From Scyliorhinus canicula (lineage: Eukaryota), in assembly GCF_902713615.1 (NCBI RefSeq), contig NC_052147.1, positions 52,933,549 to 52,997,548 of the forward strand: a stretch of 64,000 bases of DNA, read 5' to 3'. Both the position numbers and the translations under genes were made by a program. Shown here in pieces: positions 1-12,742 of the stretch. Under the pieces are notes generated by a model, which was not told the DNA's origin, searched no databases, and saw only the letters and a list, made by a program, of their open reading frames with translations. Each line of letters opens with the position of its first letter. Position 1 is the stretch's first letter.

Positions 1-849
1 CAAGAAGTCATGTTCCTATCACCAGCAGTGCAAACCCACTATCTCATAAATTTGGAGAAAAACCCTTAAAATAACGAAGTTTGGTATAAAAATCTGAAAT
101 TGCAAATAATTTGCAAGCATGAGCTGCAAATTTATATTGGTTTAGAAGTGTATTGAGTGGGTTATTTAACCTTTAACTAAACCTATTACTGTCCCATTTG
201 GGCGTAACGAGTTGTAACTTCAGGGACCAAGTCCTATGTTCAAGGCTGTTTGAAGAATGCCAGGCCTGAGATTGAGTCAGGCCATTTTTCAGCTACCAGG
301 GTGGCTACCTAGGACTGGCATTTGTCCCATTGCATTGACTAATGAGGGACCTAATGCCTGACTTAAGACCACTCACGGAAACTGAGATGCTGAGATATCA
401 GGACTGCTCCTACCGTTGGCTGTAGATCACTTTGAGATATCCTGAGTTTGTAAAAGATCAAATGTAAATGCAAGTCTTTCTGTTGAGCAATCAATTAGAT
501 CTTGCCAATGTCAGTGTGCCAAACCTCGGTTACCATGAAAGCAGATATGGAAGCTAGCTACTGTTGGATGATATCCTATTGTTGCTCCTGGTGCTGCCAA
601 CAACTGCATTTGCACTGCCTCATGGTGCCGCATGATGACCTCATAGGGAAGGACTAGCAATCCAACTCCAATCATTGGCCCATACGGTCAGAGGAAAGAG
701 CAAAAACCTGCCTGCTAAATCCTTGGAGCCCATCGCACAAGATTCCGTGAGGCCCAATTTTATATTGAAATCACGACTCTCGTGATCAATTCGGAAGCAT
801 TGGCATGGATCTTTCATCCTTCTCCTCACTTCACTATTTCTTTTGGGTC

Positions 850-1120
850 CACAATTCTTAAAATTAAAAATTCTGCTTCTCTTGTTGAGTTCTCCATGAC
901 TTTATCCCTCTCTCTATCTTCTTAGTTTCTTCCAGCATTGCAAATCCTGAAAGAACCCTGTTGTTCTGAATTCAGCCTGTTCTTCACTGTGAGGGCTGTA
1001 TCTTCTGTTGTCCAGGCACTATACGCTGGAATTTCCTTTCTGCCCCTGTGAGTCTCCATTGATCCCCAGTCCTTCCTTCAGGCCCACTCCTTTATTCAAG
1101 ATTATCATCACTTCGGGTTG
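850..1120 (+). mobile_element. Degenerate L2 LINE 3' fragment
   Basis: Resembles the L2 3' region seen better at 3455-3890; heavily decayed. Confidence 0.45.
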
Positions 1121-1186
1121 CATGATCAATTGTCTATCTCTAGGGAAGAGAGATGCCTATGGTCCTTTGTGACCTACAGCGAATTT

Positions 1187-1516
1187 GGGTAGCATGGTGG
1201 TTAGCAGAAATGCTTCACAGCTCCAGGGTCCCAGGTTCAATTCCCGGCTGGGTCACTGTCTGTGCGGAGTCTGCACGTCCTCCCCGTGTGTGCGTGGGTT
1301 TCCTCCGGGTGCTCTGGTTTCCTCCCACAGTCCAAAGATGTGCGGGTTAGGTGGATTGGCCATGCTAAATTGCCCTTAGTGTCAAAGTAAGGTTAATGGG
1401 GGGGGGGGTTACTGGTATAGGGTGGATACGTTAGGCTTGAGTAGGGTGATCATTGCTCGGCACAACATCGAGGGCCAAAGGGCCTGTTCTGTGCTGTACT
1501 GTTCTATGTTCTATGT
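1187..1516 (+). mobile_element. HE1-type V-SINE, full length, CR1-derived tail
   Basis: tRNA-like head with B box GGTTCAATTCC, V-domain (GCGTGGGTTTCCTCCGGGTGCTCTGGTTTCCTCCCACAGTCCAAAGA), tail ending (TGTTCTA)n. Confidence 0.92.
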
Positions 1517-3454
1517 ACCATGTCTAGTGGAGCATTTATGACATTAATTACATTCACATTTTTTTGATGGACTTTTGCTATTTGGGTATACTCGTGCATT
1601 AATATTCTGGATGAAATATTTTACCCACTGATGGCTATTTCTTGTCTAAACCTTTGGGTTTTAAGAACAGTGCGATTGTTTCAAATGCTGTATCACTCGA
1701 GGCAGGTGTGTGCTCTGAAACTTCCTTCTGCTGCAGAAATAAACAGTCTCTGATAGAAAGTTAATTCCACATCTGGAAATGTTGGCTCAGAGCCTGAAAG
1801 TGACTTGTTCAGCAACTTGATTCTTGGCAAGACTGTTCATTAATCATTGTTTTTCTTTGTTCTCAAAGGCACTGTAATACATTCAAACCTTTTGGCTTTA
1901 AAAAAATGTTATGTTCTGAACAATGGGGCCTACACAACCAGAATATTCCAGGCAGTAGAATATGTGTTTGGATCCAGATAACAAATACTGAAAGTTGGGG
2001 TGGGTCATGTCATACACCTGGAAACTAATCTTTTCTGTTGCTCGGTGCACACAGATGAACTAGTGCGTGAGCGTAGATCCAGAAAAATCTCCTCTATCGC
2101 GCATGTAATCACTCTGCTGATGAGTTTAGGGAGCTTACACGACAAATTGAAGATTGAAGATTGTTATCTTTTCATTGATGCGATAAAGCCCTTTATTCTA
2201 CAGCATAAATTAACAAGACTGGTTATAGGTCCAGTGAAGCATATTTATCAAAATTAGGGATCATTTTCCTTTCTGCAGACAATATCTTTGCACCTAACAT
2301 TCTGTTCACTATTCCTCTGCTGACTCCGGTTGAATGAGCGTGAACAAGTTTAGTGAGTGCATCCCTCCGCTCTTTTGCTGAGAACTAAGGGCACAATGAA
2401 TAAACTGGGAAGTGGCCCTTTTAGAAACAAATGGTGAGTGTGCCATGTAATCGATTATGACAGATTAACGTCCAGTATCTTGGAGGTGCTGCAGAGTCAA
2501 GCAAGCAGCAACTTTGGTGTCTTAAGAGGAGAAGAAGACTGAAGCCACATTCTGTTGACCATCCTTAACCGAGTTGAGGGTTACACTCTCACACAACTTG
2601 TTCATATTAATTAACCTTTCCAAAATATGAACTTGCTTATTGTTGGGGAGCAGAACTCCCAAGTTCCTTTTAATAGCAGTTTACTACGACTTGCTGCTAA
2701 AGGACTATTCCGCATCGTAAGTCGAGGATATTGAACCAATGACATAGAGTTATGGCTCTTTTCTCATCTGTAGAAAAGAGCCATAACTCATAAAATCTGT
2801 AAGCAAAGTGAATTGTGCTGATATGGTAAAAGAGAAAACACCTGCAATCTATGACGCACTGATGAGGTATTGAGGAGACATGAGGATGATAAATATGGTA
2901 CTCCAAGCAACAGGTACATTTTACTTGTGACTAAAATAGTGATTTCCCCCACCCAAGCAAGTTTCTGGTAGAGTGCACACTTAATGTACCCTGCCTGATG
3001 GAATTCAGGTTCAGGTCATTTTAATGACACCAGGCTCTGGATTTGCACAAATAGTGCTCCCAAAGAACACTGATCTTTATTTGAAGGAATTAAATTGTGT
3101 ACTAATAATTCACACTGCAGGTGTAGCTGTTGTATAAATGTTACGTACAACATTTGGCAAAGAAGTACATGACATCTACTTTTGGCCTTCTGAACTGAAC
3201 ACAGCTCGATTCCACAATCAAACTGGTCCAAGTATTTAATCCTGGAAAATTTCAAGCTCCTATGCCACACTCTTCTCCTAGTGAAGTATAACGCACATTC
3301 ATGGTGCCGTAGTAAGAAGTTGTACAGCAAGGGAAACAACTGACCACCTATGATTCATCTTCATCTGCCTGGGTGCATCTGCTGCAGCATCCCTACCTCT
3401 AAACTTGATTTCCCCAATGCACTTTCGGCTGATCCCTTAACCGTCTATACAATT

Positions 3455-3890
3455 TAGGTTATCCAAAACTCTGCCCTTATCCTTACTCATTCACCCAGCA
3501 CTCCATTTTTGCTGATCTACATTGGTTCCCAGTTAAGCAGCGTCTTGATTTCAAAACTCTTATCCTTGTTTACAGGTCTCTCTGTAGCTTCACCCCTCCT
3601 AACGTGGGTATCGTCTCCAATCCCACAACCCTTCGAAATATCGCTCATATAAATCTGGCCCCATGAGCATCCCTGATTTTAATCGCCCCATCATCGGTGG
3701 CTGTGCTTCCAACCGCCCTAATTTCCGAAACTCCCTCACAGACTTAATTGCCTCCTTTACTCTTATTTCTTCTTAAGATGATCTTAAGACTTACCTCTCT
3801 AACCAAACTTTTGACCATCTGCTGCAATATCCCCTTATGTGGCTTGGTATCAAATTGTGTTGTATAGTGATCCTGTGAATGGCCTTGGGA
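3455..3890 (+). mobile_element. L2 LINE 3' fragment
   Basis: Encodes ADLHWFPVKQRLDFKTLILVY, typical of the L2 ORF2 C-terminus (LHWLPVxxRIxFK). Confidence 0.75.
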
Positions 3891-3892
3891 GA

Positions 3893-3980
3893 AAATGAAA
3901 ACAGACAATGGTGGAAATACTCAGCCTGCCATGCAGCATCTTTGGAGAAGCAGAGTTAACATTGAAGGTCAATGACTTTA
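3893..3980. mobile_element. Penelope-like terminal repeat fragment
   Basis: AAAACAGACAATGGTGGAAATACTCAGC...GCAGCATCTTTGGAGAAGCAGAGTTAAC resembles shark Penelope-type termini. Confidence 0.45.
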
Positions 3981-3994
3981 AAGGTGACATGATG

Positions 3995-4395
3995 AATTCC
4001 ACTGGAGTTTAGAAGAGTAAGAGGTGACTTGATTGAAAACTTTAAGATCCCGAGAGGTCTTGATAGGGCGGATGTGGAGAGAATGTTTCCTCTTGTGGAG
4101 GAAGTAGGGGTCACTGTTTGAAATTAAGAGGTTGGCCATCTGAGACACAGGTGAGAATTTACTTCTCTTGAGGGATGAGTGTTTGGAACTCTCTTCCCGA
4201 AAAGGCAGTGGAAGTAGAACCTTTGAATATTTTTAAGGTAGAGCGAGACTTGATTAACAAGGAAGTGAAAGGTTATCAAGGTTAGGCAGGATTGTGGAGT
4301 TGAGGTTACAAATGGATCAGCCATGGTTTTATTGAATGGCAGAGCAAGCTCAAGGTGCTAAGTGTCTGACTCCGGCTCCTAAGTTGTATGCTCGT
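3995..4395 (+). mobile_element. CR1 (HER1-like) LINE 3' end
   Basis: LEFRRVRGDLIENFKI motif; 3' UTR TCAGCCATG...ATTGAATGGCAGAGCA...CTCCGGCTCCTA, as at 15100-15180. Confidence 0.85.
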
Positions 4396-4442
4396 ATAAT
4401 ATATTGTTCTTATTTAAGCTGTAGAATTCACTTCCCCAGTTG

Positions 4443-4985
4443 TAGAGTCATAGATGTTTACAGCATGGAAACAGACCCATCGGCCCAGCTTGTCCATGCC
4501 GCCCAGTTTCTATCACTAAGCTAGTTCCACTTGCCCGCGTTTGCCCATATCTCTCAATACCCATCCTGCCCATGTAAGTATTTAACTGCTGTTTAAAGAT
4601 CAAAATTGTACCCGCCTCTACCACTGCCTGTTCCAGATGCTCACCACCCTCTGTGTGAAGAAATTTCCCCTCTGGTCTCTTTTGTATCTCTCCCCTCTCA
4701 TCTTAAACCTACTCCCTCTAGTTCTAGACTCCTCTACCTTTGGGAAAAGATGTTGACTATCTACCTTATCTATGCTCCTCATTATTTTATACACCTCTAT
4801 AAGATCACCCCTAAGCCTCCTACTCTCCAGGGAAAATGTCCCAGCCTATCCAGCCTTTCTTTATAACTCAGACCATCAAGTCCTGGTAGCATCCTCATAA
4901 ATCTCTTCTGCACTCTTTCTAGTTTAACAATATCCTTCCTATAATAGGGTGACCAGAACTGAATGCAGTATTCCATGTGTGGCCT
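4443..4985 (-). mobile_element. CR1 LINE 3' end
   Basis: Minus strand reads EYCIQFWSPYYRKDIVKLERVQKRFMRMLPGL and ends in (CTATGACT)-type tail repeats. Confidence 0.85.
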
Positions 4986-5149
4986 ATTGTCGATTATTCT
5001 GACAGTGCATTTCAGATTTGTAAGAGATGAATAGATGGATATTTTTGGGCAATTTGCTACATCAACAGTTCATTTAAAAGGTTTACATGTTTTTCTTTTT
5101 GATTATCAATCGGATGAAGGGTGTGTAACGGAGGGTAATCGAACATTTG

Positions 5150-5435
5150 AAACAGCCAGTGCCAGTATCAATATCAAGCATTCCCACTCAGCTATGGTCG
5201 AGCCTGATGCAAAGTGAAAGCTCCTTCCAATCACTTGCCTCAGCTTCAACCCCACTCCACCGTTGTGACATATTTTTCTGGTTCCTGCACCAGTCATTCC
5301 AAAGCCTGTACCTGAATTTGTACAATTGGTCTTGATAAATTTGTGCTCTCAGCCCACATAGGATCTGAATTGAAACAGGCCAAACACATTTCTCCCGGCC
5401 AGCTGACGGAGGAGACTTTCATCCTGTTGGTCACT
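5150..5435 (-). mobile_element. Possible ancient SINE (LF-SINE-like), decayed
   Basis: Short blocks (GATGAAAGTC..., CCTATGTG, GAGGCA...GGAGCTTTCACT) appear on the minus strand in LF-SINE-like order; recognised by eye only. Confidence 0.35.
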
Positions 5436-6319
5436 TGATATCGTTTGGAATTGATATCAGTTTTTTTTTTCAAATTGCCTTTTTAAATAATATAATTTTC
5501 TTCCAGAAGTGTCTTACCAACTGAAATGATAAGCGTTGTTGCCCCTGAAGGATCTTGGGTAACTCACGATGTGTCGTCATGCATGAACATCTGTGATCCG
5601 CCCTCAGCCCACATGTTCCTGAAAGACTAGATTCCAGTAATACAGTGGAGAAGTATTTCTGTCAGCAGCACTGTTCCAGTTCTCTGCAAATGAATTTGTT
5701 CTGAGCATTCTTCTATTACCACAAACACTAGATATTATACTTCCCCCCCCCGCCCGCCCCCAAAGGTGCCCTTTAACTGCAGAATGGAGTTTCTGCTGCC
5801 GGGAAATGGAACTGCATTAATTTGATTTTGGGTACTGTGTACCTCAGTGTTTTGAGTCTTACTAACTGCCTAAAAACTGGATCATTTTGTAAGTCACGTA
5901 CAATGGGAAGATTAAAATGACTAGGGGACACCTTTACAATATTTGTGCATTTAACCTCCCTGCGCTCGCTTGCAGTAGAACTTGCTGACTGCAGCTGTTG
6001 GCATGGTTTGTTTGCTGTAACCATAGTTGTGTATATTCACAACTGCGAGGCAGTTTGTGATCTTTGTAAAGTTACCAAGATCAACCCTGATCTTTGAAGG
6101 ACTGAGTTATGAGGAATAGCTCAACTGACTGGGTTTATTTTTCACCTCAGCAAAGAATATTGATGAGACATTGTACAGGTCATTTAAAATAATGAAAGGA
6201 CCAGATAGTGTTGAAGCACTTTTGCCAGTTCATGCCCCAGGATTGGAAGATTCCAGCGTTACCCATTTTGAACAGGTTCCGAATAGAGTTGTAATGGTTT
6301 TTATAATTGAAAAAACAAA

Positions 6320-6480
6320 TTCCAATTCAGTGGAATTTTAGCGTGGCTACCTACACTGGGGTGAGACCCACACAGACCAGGGGCGAATGTGCAAACTCCA
6401 CACGGACAGTGACCCAGGGCCAGAATCAAACCTGGGTCTTCAGCACAATGAGGCAGCAGTGCTAGCCACCGTGCCGCCCC
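6320..6480 (-). mobile_element. V-SINE, short variant
   Basis: Minus strand GGGGCGGCACGGTGGCTAGCACTGCTGCCTCA...GGGTCACTGTCCGTGTGGAGTTTGCACATT. Confidence 0.85.
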
Positions 6481-6784
6481 ATGGTTTTTATTATTAAAAG
6501 TGCTCTGCTATAACACTCCCAATGGCAGCATGCATACAACTTGGAACCATTTCCCTAAACTAGTTAAGAGCTGGCCAAATCCTAGAAAATATTTGTGAAC
6601 TGAAGTCGAGCAGTGAATGAGATTCGTAACTTCCTCAGGACTGAGCCTCAGTTCCTCTATCAGAAATGTATGAATTTGAAGGCACATTGGCATCTACATA
6701 ACGGCAGCTATTTAACGCTGATGCAAATTTTCTTTTAGTTTGCTTTTGTCAGTAATGTGTCTTAGTTCCTATGTCTACTTGCTG

Positions 6785-7165
6785 TTCTCCTTGAAGTAAA
6801 AGAGATTAAGGGAAGATTTGGTAGAAGTGTGGAAGATATGACCGGTTTAGGTAAGGTAGACAAAGAAAGGCTTTTCGTGTTAGCTGATGGCACCAGGACT
6901 ATAGGAGGAGACAGATTTTGAGCAACAAATGCAGGGGGGACATGAAGAAGAACTTTTTATATGCAGCAAGTGTTAACCTGTAACTCGCTGCCTTTGAGGG
7001 TGGTGGAAGCAGAGACAATTAATGATTTCAAAAGGAAATCAGTTGGGGACTGAAGAAAATTCCAGGACCAAGGGGATAAAGTGGGGGAATGGAACTGACC
7101 GGATTGCTCCAGGGAGCGGACATAGATATGATGGGCCAAATGGGCTCCTTCTGTGTCATAATTCG
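6785..7165 (+). mobile_element. CR1 LINE 3' fragment
   Basis: AGAGATTAAGGGAAGATTTG..., GGTGGAAGCAGAGACAATTAATGATTTCAAAAGG, tail GGGCCAAATGGGCTCCTTCTGTG. Confidence 0.75.
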
Positions 7166-7564
7166 GTCACTCTACTTTGGTCATCAATGACCACAAGTGG
7201 TCAGCTTGAGTTTGTTTGTTTAAAAACAGTGGACAAGATTAAAGGTGACACTCCAGAGTAAGGGGAAGCAATATGAAATAAATTGCTGTCAGGGGTTTTG
7301 TGAAGACCAATGGGCTGATGTAGAATGTTAAGCTGAATGTGCAGCAGAAAGACTTTAACAAAGCTCTGACTTTCCTCACGGTTGAAGTGTAACTGGGAGA
7401 ATGGGTATCAAACTCACCACAAAAGTCCTAATAGATTACACTCCTCCTGGGAGCTGATGATTATCTGTGTTTGTTTGTCCCACCATCATAGGTGCCAGTC
7501 TTCATTCAATTTGATTTTCTACACGTCATGTCAAAAAATGGCCACTCACGCTGGATACAATGGC

Positions 7565-8975
7565 TATAACAACAATAGCATCTATAACTTAGTAAAATGT
7601 CCCAGGGCTTTTGGTGTCAAGCCTCAAATGGATATTAAGGCAATTAACCCAATTTTGGCCAAAGAGGCACATTTTAAAGGAGAAGAGAGAGATTGAGAAA
7701 TTTAGGGAGGGAGTACAAGTGTTTGGGCCAACGCAATGGAAGGCACAACTCCAATGATGGAGCAATTAAAATCGGGGTGCACGAAAAGCTTGAATTGGAG
7801 GAGCTGAGAGAGTTCAGAGGGTGCTACAGCTGGAGATAGTACATGTTGGTTGGGGTGAAGCCATGGAGGGATTTAAAAACAAGGATTTTTTTAAAACTCG
7901 GGCATTGCTGGGCTGGAAACCAATTACGGTCATTAAGGATGGGGTGTGGAATAAATGGAACTTGGTGCCAGTTTGGGTACAGGTAGTAGAAATTTAGATG
8001 AGTTCACATTTATGAAGGGTGGTAGATTGGAGGATGACCAGGGAGGTACTAGAATAGTCAGGTTGAGAGGTAACAGGCATGGAGGAGGGTTTCAGCAGCA
8101 GGGAGATGAGAAGATGTGGAGTTAGGAGATGTTACGGAGGTTGAAGTAGGTGGTTTTGGAAATGGAGCGGAGATGTTATGGAGGTTGAAGTTGGTGGTCT
8201 TGAATATGGGTAGACATGTGGCAGTAAGCTCATTTTGGTGTCAAATAGGGCACCAAGGCTGGAAATGGCCTGGTTCTGTCTTAGACAGTTGCCAGGGAGA
8301 GCAATGGACCCTTTGGCTAGGGAGCAGATTTGGGGCGGGGTTAAAAGCAATTCCTTTGGTCTTCTCAATATTTAGTTGGAGTATATTCTACTCATAGTCT
8401 GGATGTTGGGCAAGGTGTGGCAAATTATATACAGTGCAGGAGTTGAGAGGTGCTGGTGGGGTGAAACTGGACGTCATCAGGACACATATTGAACCTGATG
8501 TGCTTTTGGTTGATGTAGCCAAGGGACTGCAGGTAGATGAGAAATTGGAGAGGGCGATGTATAAATCCCTGGCGGTCTCTAGAGGTCATAGGACAGGAGT
8601 GAGAAGCAAAGCCACTGTAGGCGATATGTTAGCTACAATTGGCTACAGAGTGCAGATCTACCAAGTTGGGCAATGGTGGAGAGGTATTGGCGGAGGATCA
8701 TGTGGTTAGCCATTTCAACTGGTGCGGAATAGTCAAGCAGACGAAGAAATGATAGCTTACCATGGTCACAGACATGGTCACATAGGATGTGTACTATGAC
8801 AGAGCAGAAAGAAATTCAAACATGGTGTTGTGGAAAGATAGGCACAGTGTTTGGAAGCAGCAGAATATTCAAGGACTTTAGAGAGGATAAGAATTTGGAC
8901 AGGAGTAATTGAAAATACAGAGTGGTAAAGGATGTTTTTTTTTTTACAAGGAGGGGGCGATGGCAGCAAACTTGA
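7565..8975 (-). mobile_element. Degenerate L2 LINE (RT and 3' end)
   Basis: Purine-rich plus strand typical of antisense L2; minus strand has a decayed FHLQSxxDIxQxHIRFNMCPDDVQFH (YADD-like) region near 8460-8545. Confidence 0.7.
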
Positions 8976-8984
8976 AGGAACCCA

Positions 8985-10235
8985 ATTACATCCGGCTATG
9001 ATGCTGAAGGTGTGCTCCAGAATTAGCCGTGCCTCTAGCTAAGATGTTCCATTTCAGTTACCACACTGACATCCACCCAACTAAGTGCAAAATTACAGAG
9101 ATCCCGTCAAACACTCCCTGTAAGCTGCAGGGGCACAACAACGCTGAAGATACTTGGCTGGCTGCTCACAAGTTGTCCTTTTTAAAATGCATGCACATCT
9201 ACACTGACAAATTTAGCCCTCAACTGAATGGGCCAAGCACAATAAGAAAAATTAAAGGAGCCATAAATCCCATCTATAAAAAGCAGGACAAATATAATTC
9301 AACCAATTATCGTCCCATCAGCCTACACACCATCATCAACAAATGATGAAAGGTGTAATTCACAGTTGCATTTAGTCGCCAATAACATTTTGCTCACCAA
9401 TGTTCATTTTTAGTTCCACCATAGCCATTCGGCTGCACACCTTATTACAATTTGCCCAAACATGGGCAAGAGAGTTGTATTGTTGAAATGAGCGATGGCC
9501 CTGGACATCAATGCAGCATTTGGTCAGGTGTGGCATCAAGGATCCATAATTAAACTGAAGTAAATAGGAAGCTGGGGAAAATTCTCCATTTACTAGAGTC
9601 ATGTATAGCAAAAAGGAAGCTGGTTGTGGTTGTTGCAACCCAGTTATCTCAGTCCCAGGCCACCACTGCAGGAATTCCTCGGCCCACCTATCTTCAGCCG
9701 TTTCATCAATGACTTCTTCCCCCATTGTAAGGTGAGGAGTGGAGATATTCAGTGATTGACCAGTGCTTAGTTCCATTCAAATACGTCAGACAATTAAATT
9801 GTCTGTGTGCATTCCGGCTTGGGTTGCTAAGTGACATGTCACATACACACCATGCAAGTGCCAGGGAATGACCATCTCAAATAAGAGAGTCTGACGACAT
9901 CTCCTTAATGTTCAACAGCAATACAACCACTAAAATCCCCACTATTCATATCCTGCTGTTAGCATTTACCAGAAATTTAACCAGTCATTAAAATATTTGG
10001 GCCATAAAAGTAGGTCAGAGGCTTGGAATTCTGCAGGCCAACGTCAGGAGTGTGATAGAGTACTTTCCTACATGCGGTGTCATCCCAATAACACTCAAGA
10101 ACCCTCCCTAATAGCACTGTAGGTGTACCTTGACCACACAGGCTCCAGCGGTTCAAGAAGTCAACTCGCCACCAACGTCTCGAGGGTAATTAGGTTTGGT
10201 CTTATCAGTCATCCCCACACCCCATAAATTAATTT
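8985..10235 (+). mobile_element. Second CR1-like LINE family, decayed RT region
   Basis: MLKVCSRISRASS and KKQDKYNSTNYRPISL motifs, ALDINAAFGQVWHQG, and a 3' end homologous to 38262-38900; about 160 bp of unrelated DNA at ~9100-9265. Confidence 0.8.
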
Positions 10236-10312
10236 TTTTAAAAGATGGAAGAAAACTGGTCAATCCAGTGCAGAAGGAGGCAGCACATTAAAGTTAACGC
10301 TATATTTAGCAA

Positions 10313-10515
10313 TGGGGCTACGGTGCTTGAGGACCCGGGTTTGAATCCCGGCCCTGGGTCACTGTCCGTGTGGAGTTTGCACATTCTCTCTGTGTCTGTG
10401 TGAATTTCACCCTCCCAACCCAAAAGACGTGCAGGTTTGGTGGATTGACCATGCTAAAATGCCCCTGAATTGGAACAAAAAATTAATTGGGTACTCTAAA
10501 TTTATATTTTAAAAA
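10313..10515 (+). mobile_element. V-SINE short variant with A-rich tail
   Basis: B box GGTTTGAATCC, GGGTCACTGTCCGTGTGGAGTTTGCACATTCTC, tail AATTGGGTACTCTAAATTTATATTTTAAAAA. Confidence 0.85.
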
Positions 10516-11334
10516 GTTTGTGCTATCTAGTCAGCTTATTCAGTAGCAGGTGTTGGTCTGTACACCTGGGAACAGTGAAATAGATAAATAGAGGGCAAAG
10601 TACTAGCCAGGGTAAAAGGCCTAACAAGGGACAAAGAAAGGGTGGAAACACATAACAGGTGACTCAGCATTTGTGGAGAGAACATACAATCAAGCTTTTG
10701 GACCCAAACACATCAGAAGACCTGCTGAATGTTTCCAGCTTTTTTCTATTTTTGTTCCATTTTCCAACGTTAACAATAGTCTGCTTTTCAATAGCCAATA
10801 AACTAGATTTGCTGTGTGTATCAGAGTGCTCAACTCTGCTCTGCCATTTCTGTTGTGTTTGTGGTTTAATTTTTTAATGCTTTTTTCTGTTTCTAAACTC
10901 TGTGATCCTTCCAATACATAAACACCTGACAGTTTGAAATTAAGCTATAAATGTTAGAATACAAACACTTAAATGAAATTCCTTGGAAATTATTTTGACT
11001 GCTACTTTAGCAGAGGTGTTAACGTTTATTTCCAGGGTGCCAATGTTCTTTTTCTGAAATGAAAATAGTCTTATTTTCAAATTCAACCTTCTCTTGTCTT
11101 ACTCATAACTCTGTTCTCTGACACGATGAATCATACTCATGAGTCAGTCATGCCTCTTTTTGAATATGTGAATTTCTTCTCGATGTATTGACAATCAGAA
11201 CAACCGATTGTCTTCTCACCTGCACACGTTGTAGCTGGAGCATGACGTCTGCCTTGCTCCGCACTGTTTTAGCTAAATAGCTAAAACATTTTCCTTATTA
11301 GTTGCCCTAATTTTTCAAATTCATTTTTCATAGA

Positions 11335-11585
11335 ATAAGCGTATTTATTTTCCATGCACTTACCACGTTAAGTTTCATCTGTCCATGATCTGCATGATTT
11401 ATGCACTTTATAGCTTCTTTGGCTGCTCCCTTAGATTCAGTAGTTCTCCCACCCCAAATTTCATATCTGCTGTTAATTTGACCAATTTGAACTAATCTCC
11501 TGAATCGATAATCATTCATGGAAAGTAGAAAGAGTGGAGCTGTCCGCATTGCCCCTGTCAGCACTTCCCCCTGCCCTGATATCAC
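11335..11585 (-). mobile_element. CR1 RT fragment, decayed
   Basis: Minus strand resembles the QGxVLG..PLFLxxxND..KFxDD..W.MKxNV stretch of CR1 RT. Confidence 0.55.
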
Positions 11586-11869
11586 AGTGGGTTGGCTATT
11601 GTTCGACAAGCTGCCTGAAACAGCCGTTAATTCCTTTGTGTATGTTTTAAGGAGCCTAACACCTGCATAAGAACCCTTCAGCAAAATTTAGTGGTTTGGA
11701 ATGGAGCAGCAAATGGCCGTGCTCTGTTAACATTTTGGAGGCCTGGATGTGGGCTAACAATTACAGCTACCACCAAAATGTACATTTGTTTCCCCCAAGT
11801 TTGATGATGGACCAGGAGACTCTACACAGCCTCTGACGATTATTACCAGTGTGTGACTGGCTATATTTC

Positions 11870-11872
<3 letters not shown>

Positions 11873-11901
<29 letters not shown>
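11873..11901. repeat. (TC)n microsatellite
   Basis: About 14 TC units followed by a C run. Confidence 0.95.
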
Positions 11902-11904
<3 letters not shown>

Positions 11905-12221
11905 CCCCCCATCCCCCTTACTGGTCATGTTCTTTGATCCACGGAGGAAATTTTAGTGATTTTTCAACTCATTTTTATGGCTTGTGGGCTTCAGTGGCTG
12001 GGCCTGCACTTGTTGACCATCCCTAGTTGCCCTTGAGAAGGTGGTTGTGAACCAAGTGGTGTAGAGACACCCACTGTGCTGTTAGGAGGGAGTTCCAGAA
12101 TTTTGACCCAGTGACAGTGAAGGGACGGCAATATATTTCCAAGCCAGGGTTATGAGTGACTTGGAGGGGGATCTCCAGGTGGTGGGGTTCCCATGTATCT
12201 GCTGCCCTTGTCCTTCTAGAT

Positions 12222-12742
12222 CAGTGTTTTTCAAACTTGTTTGCCCGGGATCCATTTTTACTAACCGGCCATTCTTCAGGACCCATGCCAGCTGACCTTT
12301 GCGACCCACGCTGGCCGACCTTCCCGACCCACCATTTTCACTTACCTTTAGTGTGACAGATGAGCCTGCTTTGTCCTCATGATGCCACTTTCTTTGTTAT
12401 TCAATGTTACATTTGTTTTTTTTCCAATTAAGGAGCAATTTAATGTTTCCAATCCACATACCCTACACATCTTCTTGGGTTGTGGGGGTGAGACCCACGC
12501 AGACAAGGAGAGAATGTACAAACTCCACATGGGCAGTGACCCAGGGCCGGGATAGAACCCGGGTACTCGGCGTCGTGAAGCAGCAGTGTTAACCACTGTG
12601 TCACCGTGCTGTCCCAATGTTACATTTTTGATAATGACTTCCGCTGATGATTTAAGATCTCACTGCATCCGTTGAAAAAAATAGAGGTTTGCCCCTGAAT
12701 GTGCCAAATGTCTTTTGAAGTTTTGAGGGTTATAAACTTTCA
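12222..12742 (-). mobile_element. hAT (Charlie/Buster-type) non-autonomous element, partial
   Basis: Terminus CAGTGTTTTTCAAAC next to TTCTAGAT target; reverse-complement homologous to 41040-41360. Confidence 0.85.
12415..12614 (-). mobile_element. V-SINE short variant inserted in the hAT element
   Basis: Poly(T) on the plus strand; TSD CAATGTTACATTT at 12402-12414 and 12615-12627. Confidence 0.9.

Noticed and set aside
10640-10760. Inverted pair of Penelope-like termini
   Set aside because: Too decayed to delimit, and no hammerhead core visible.
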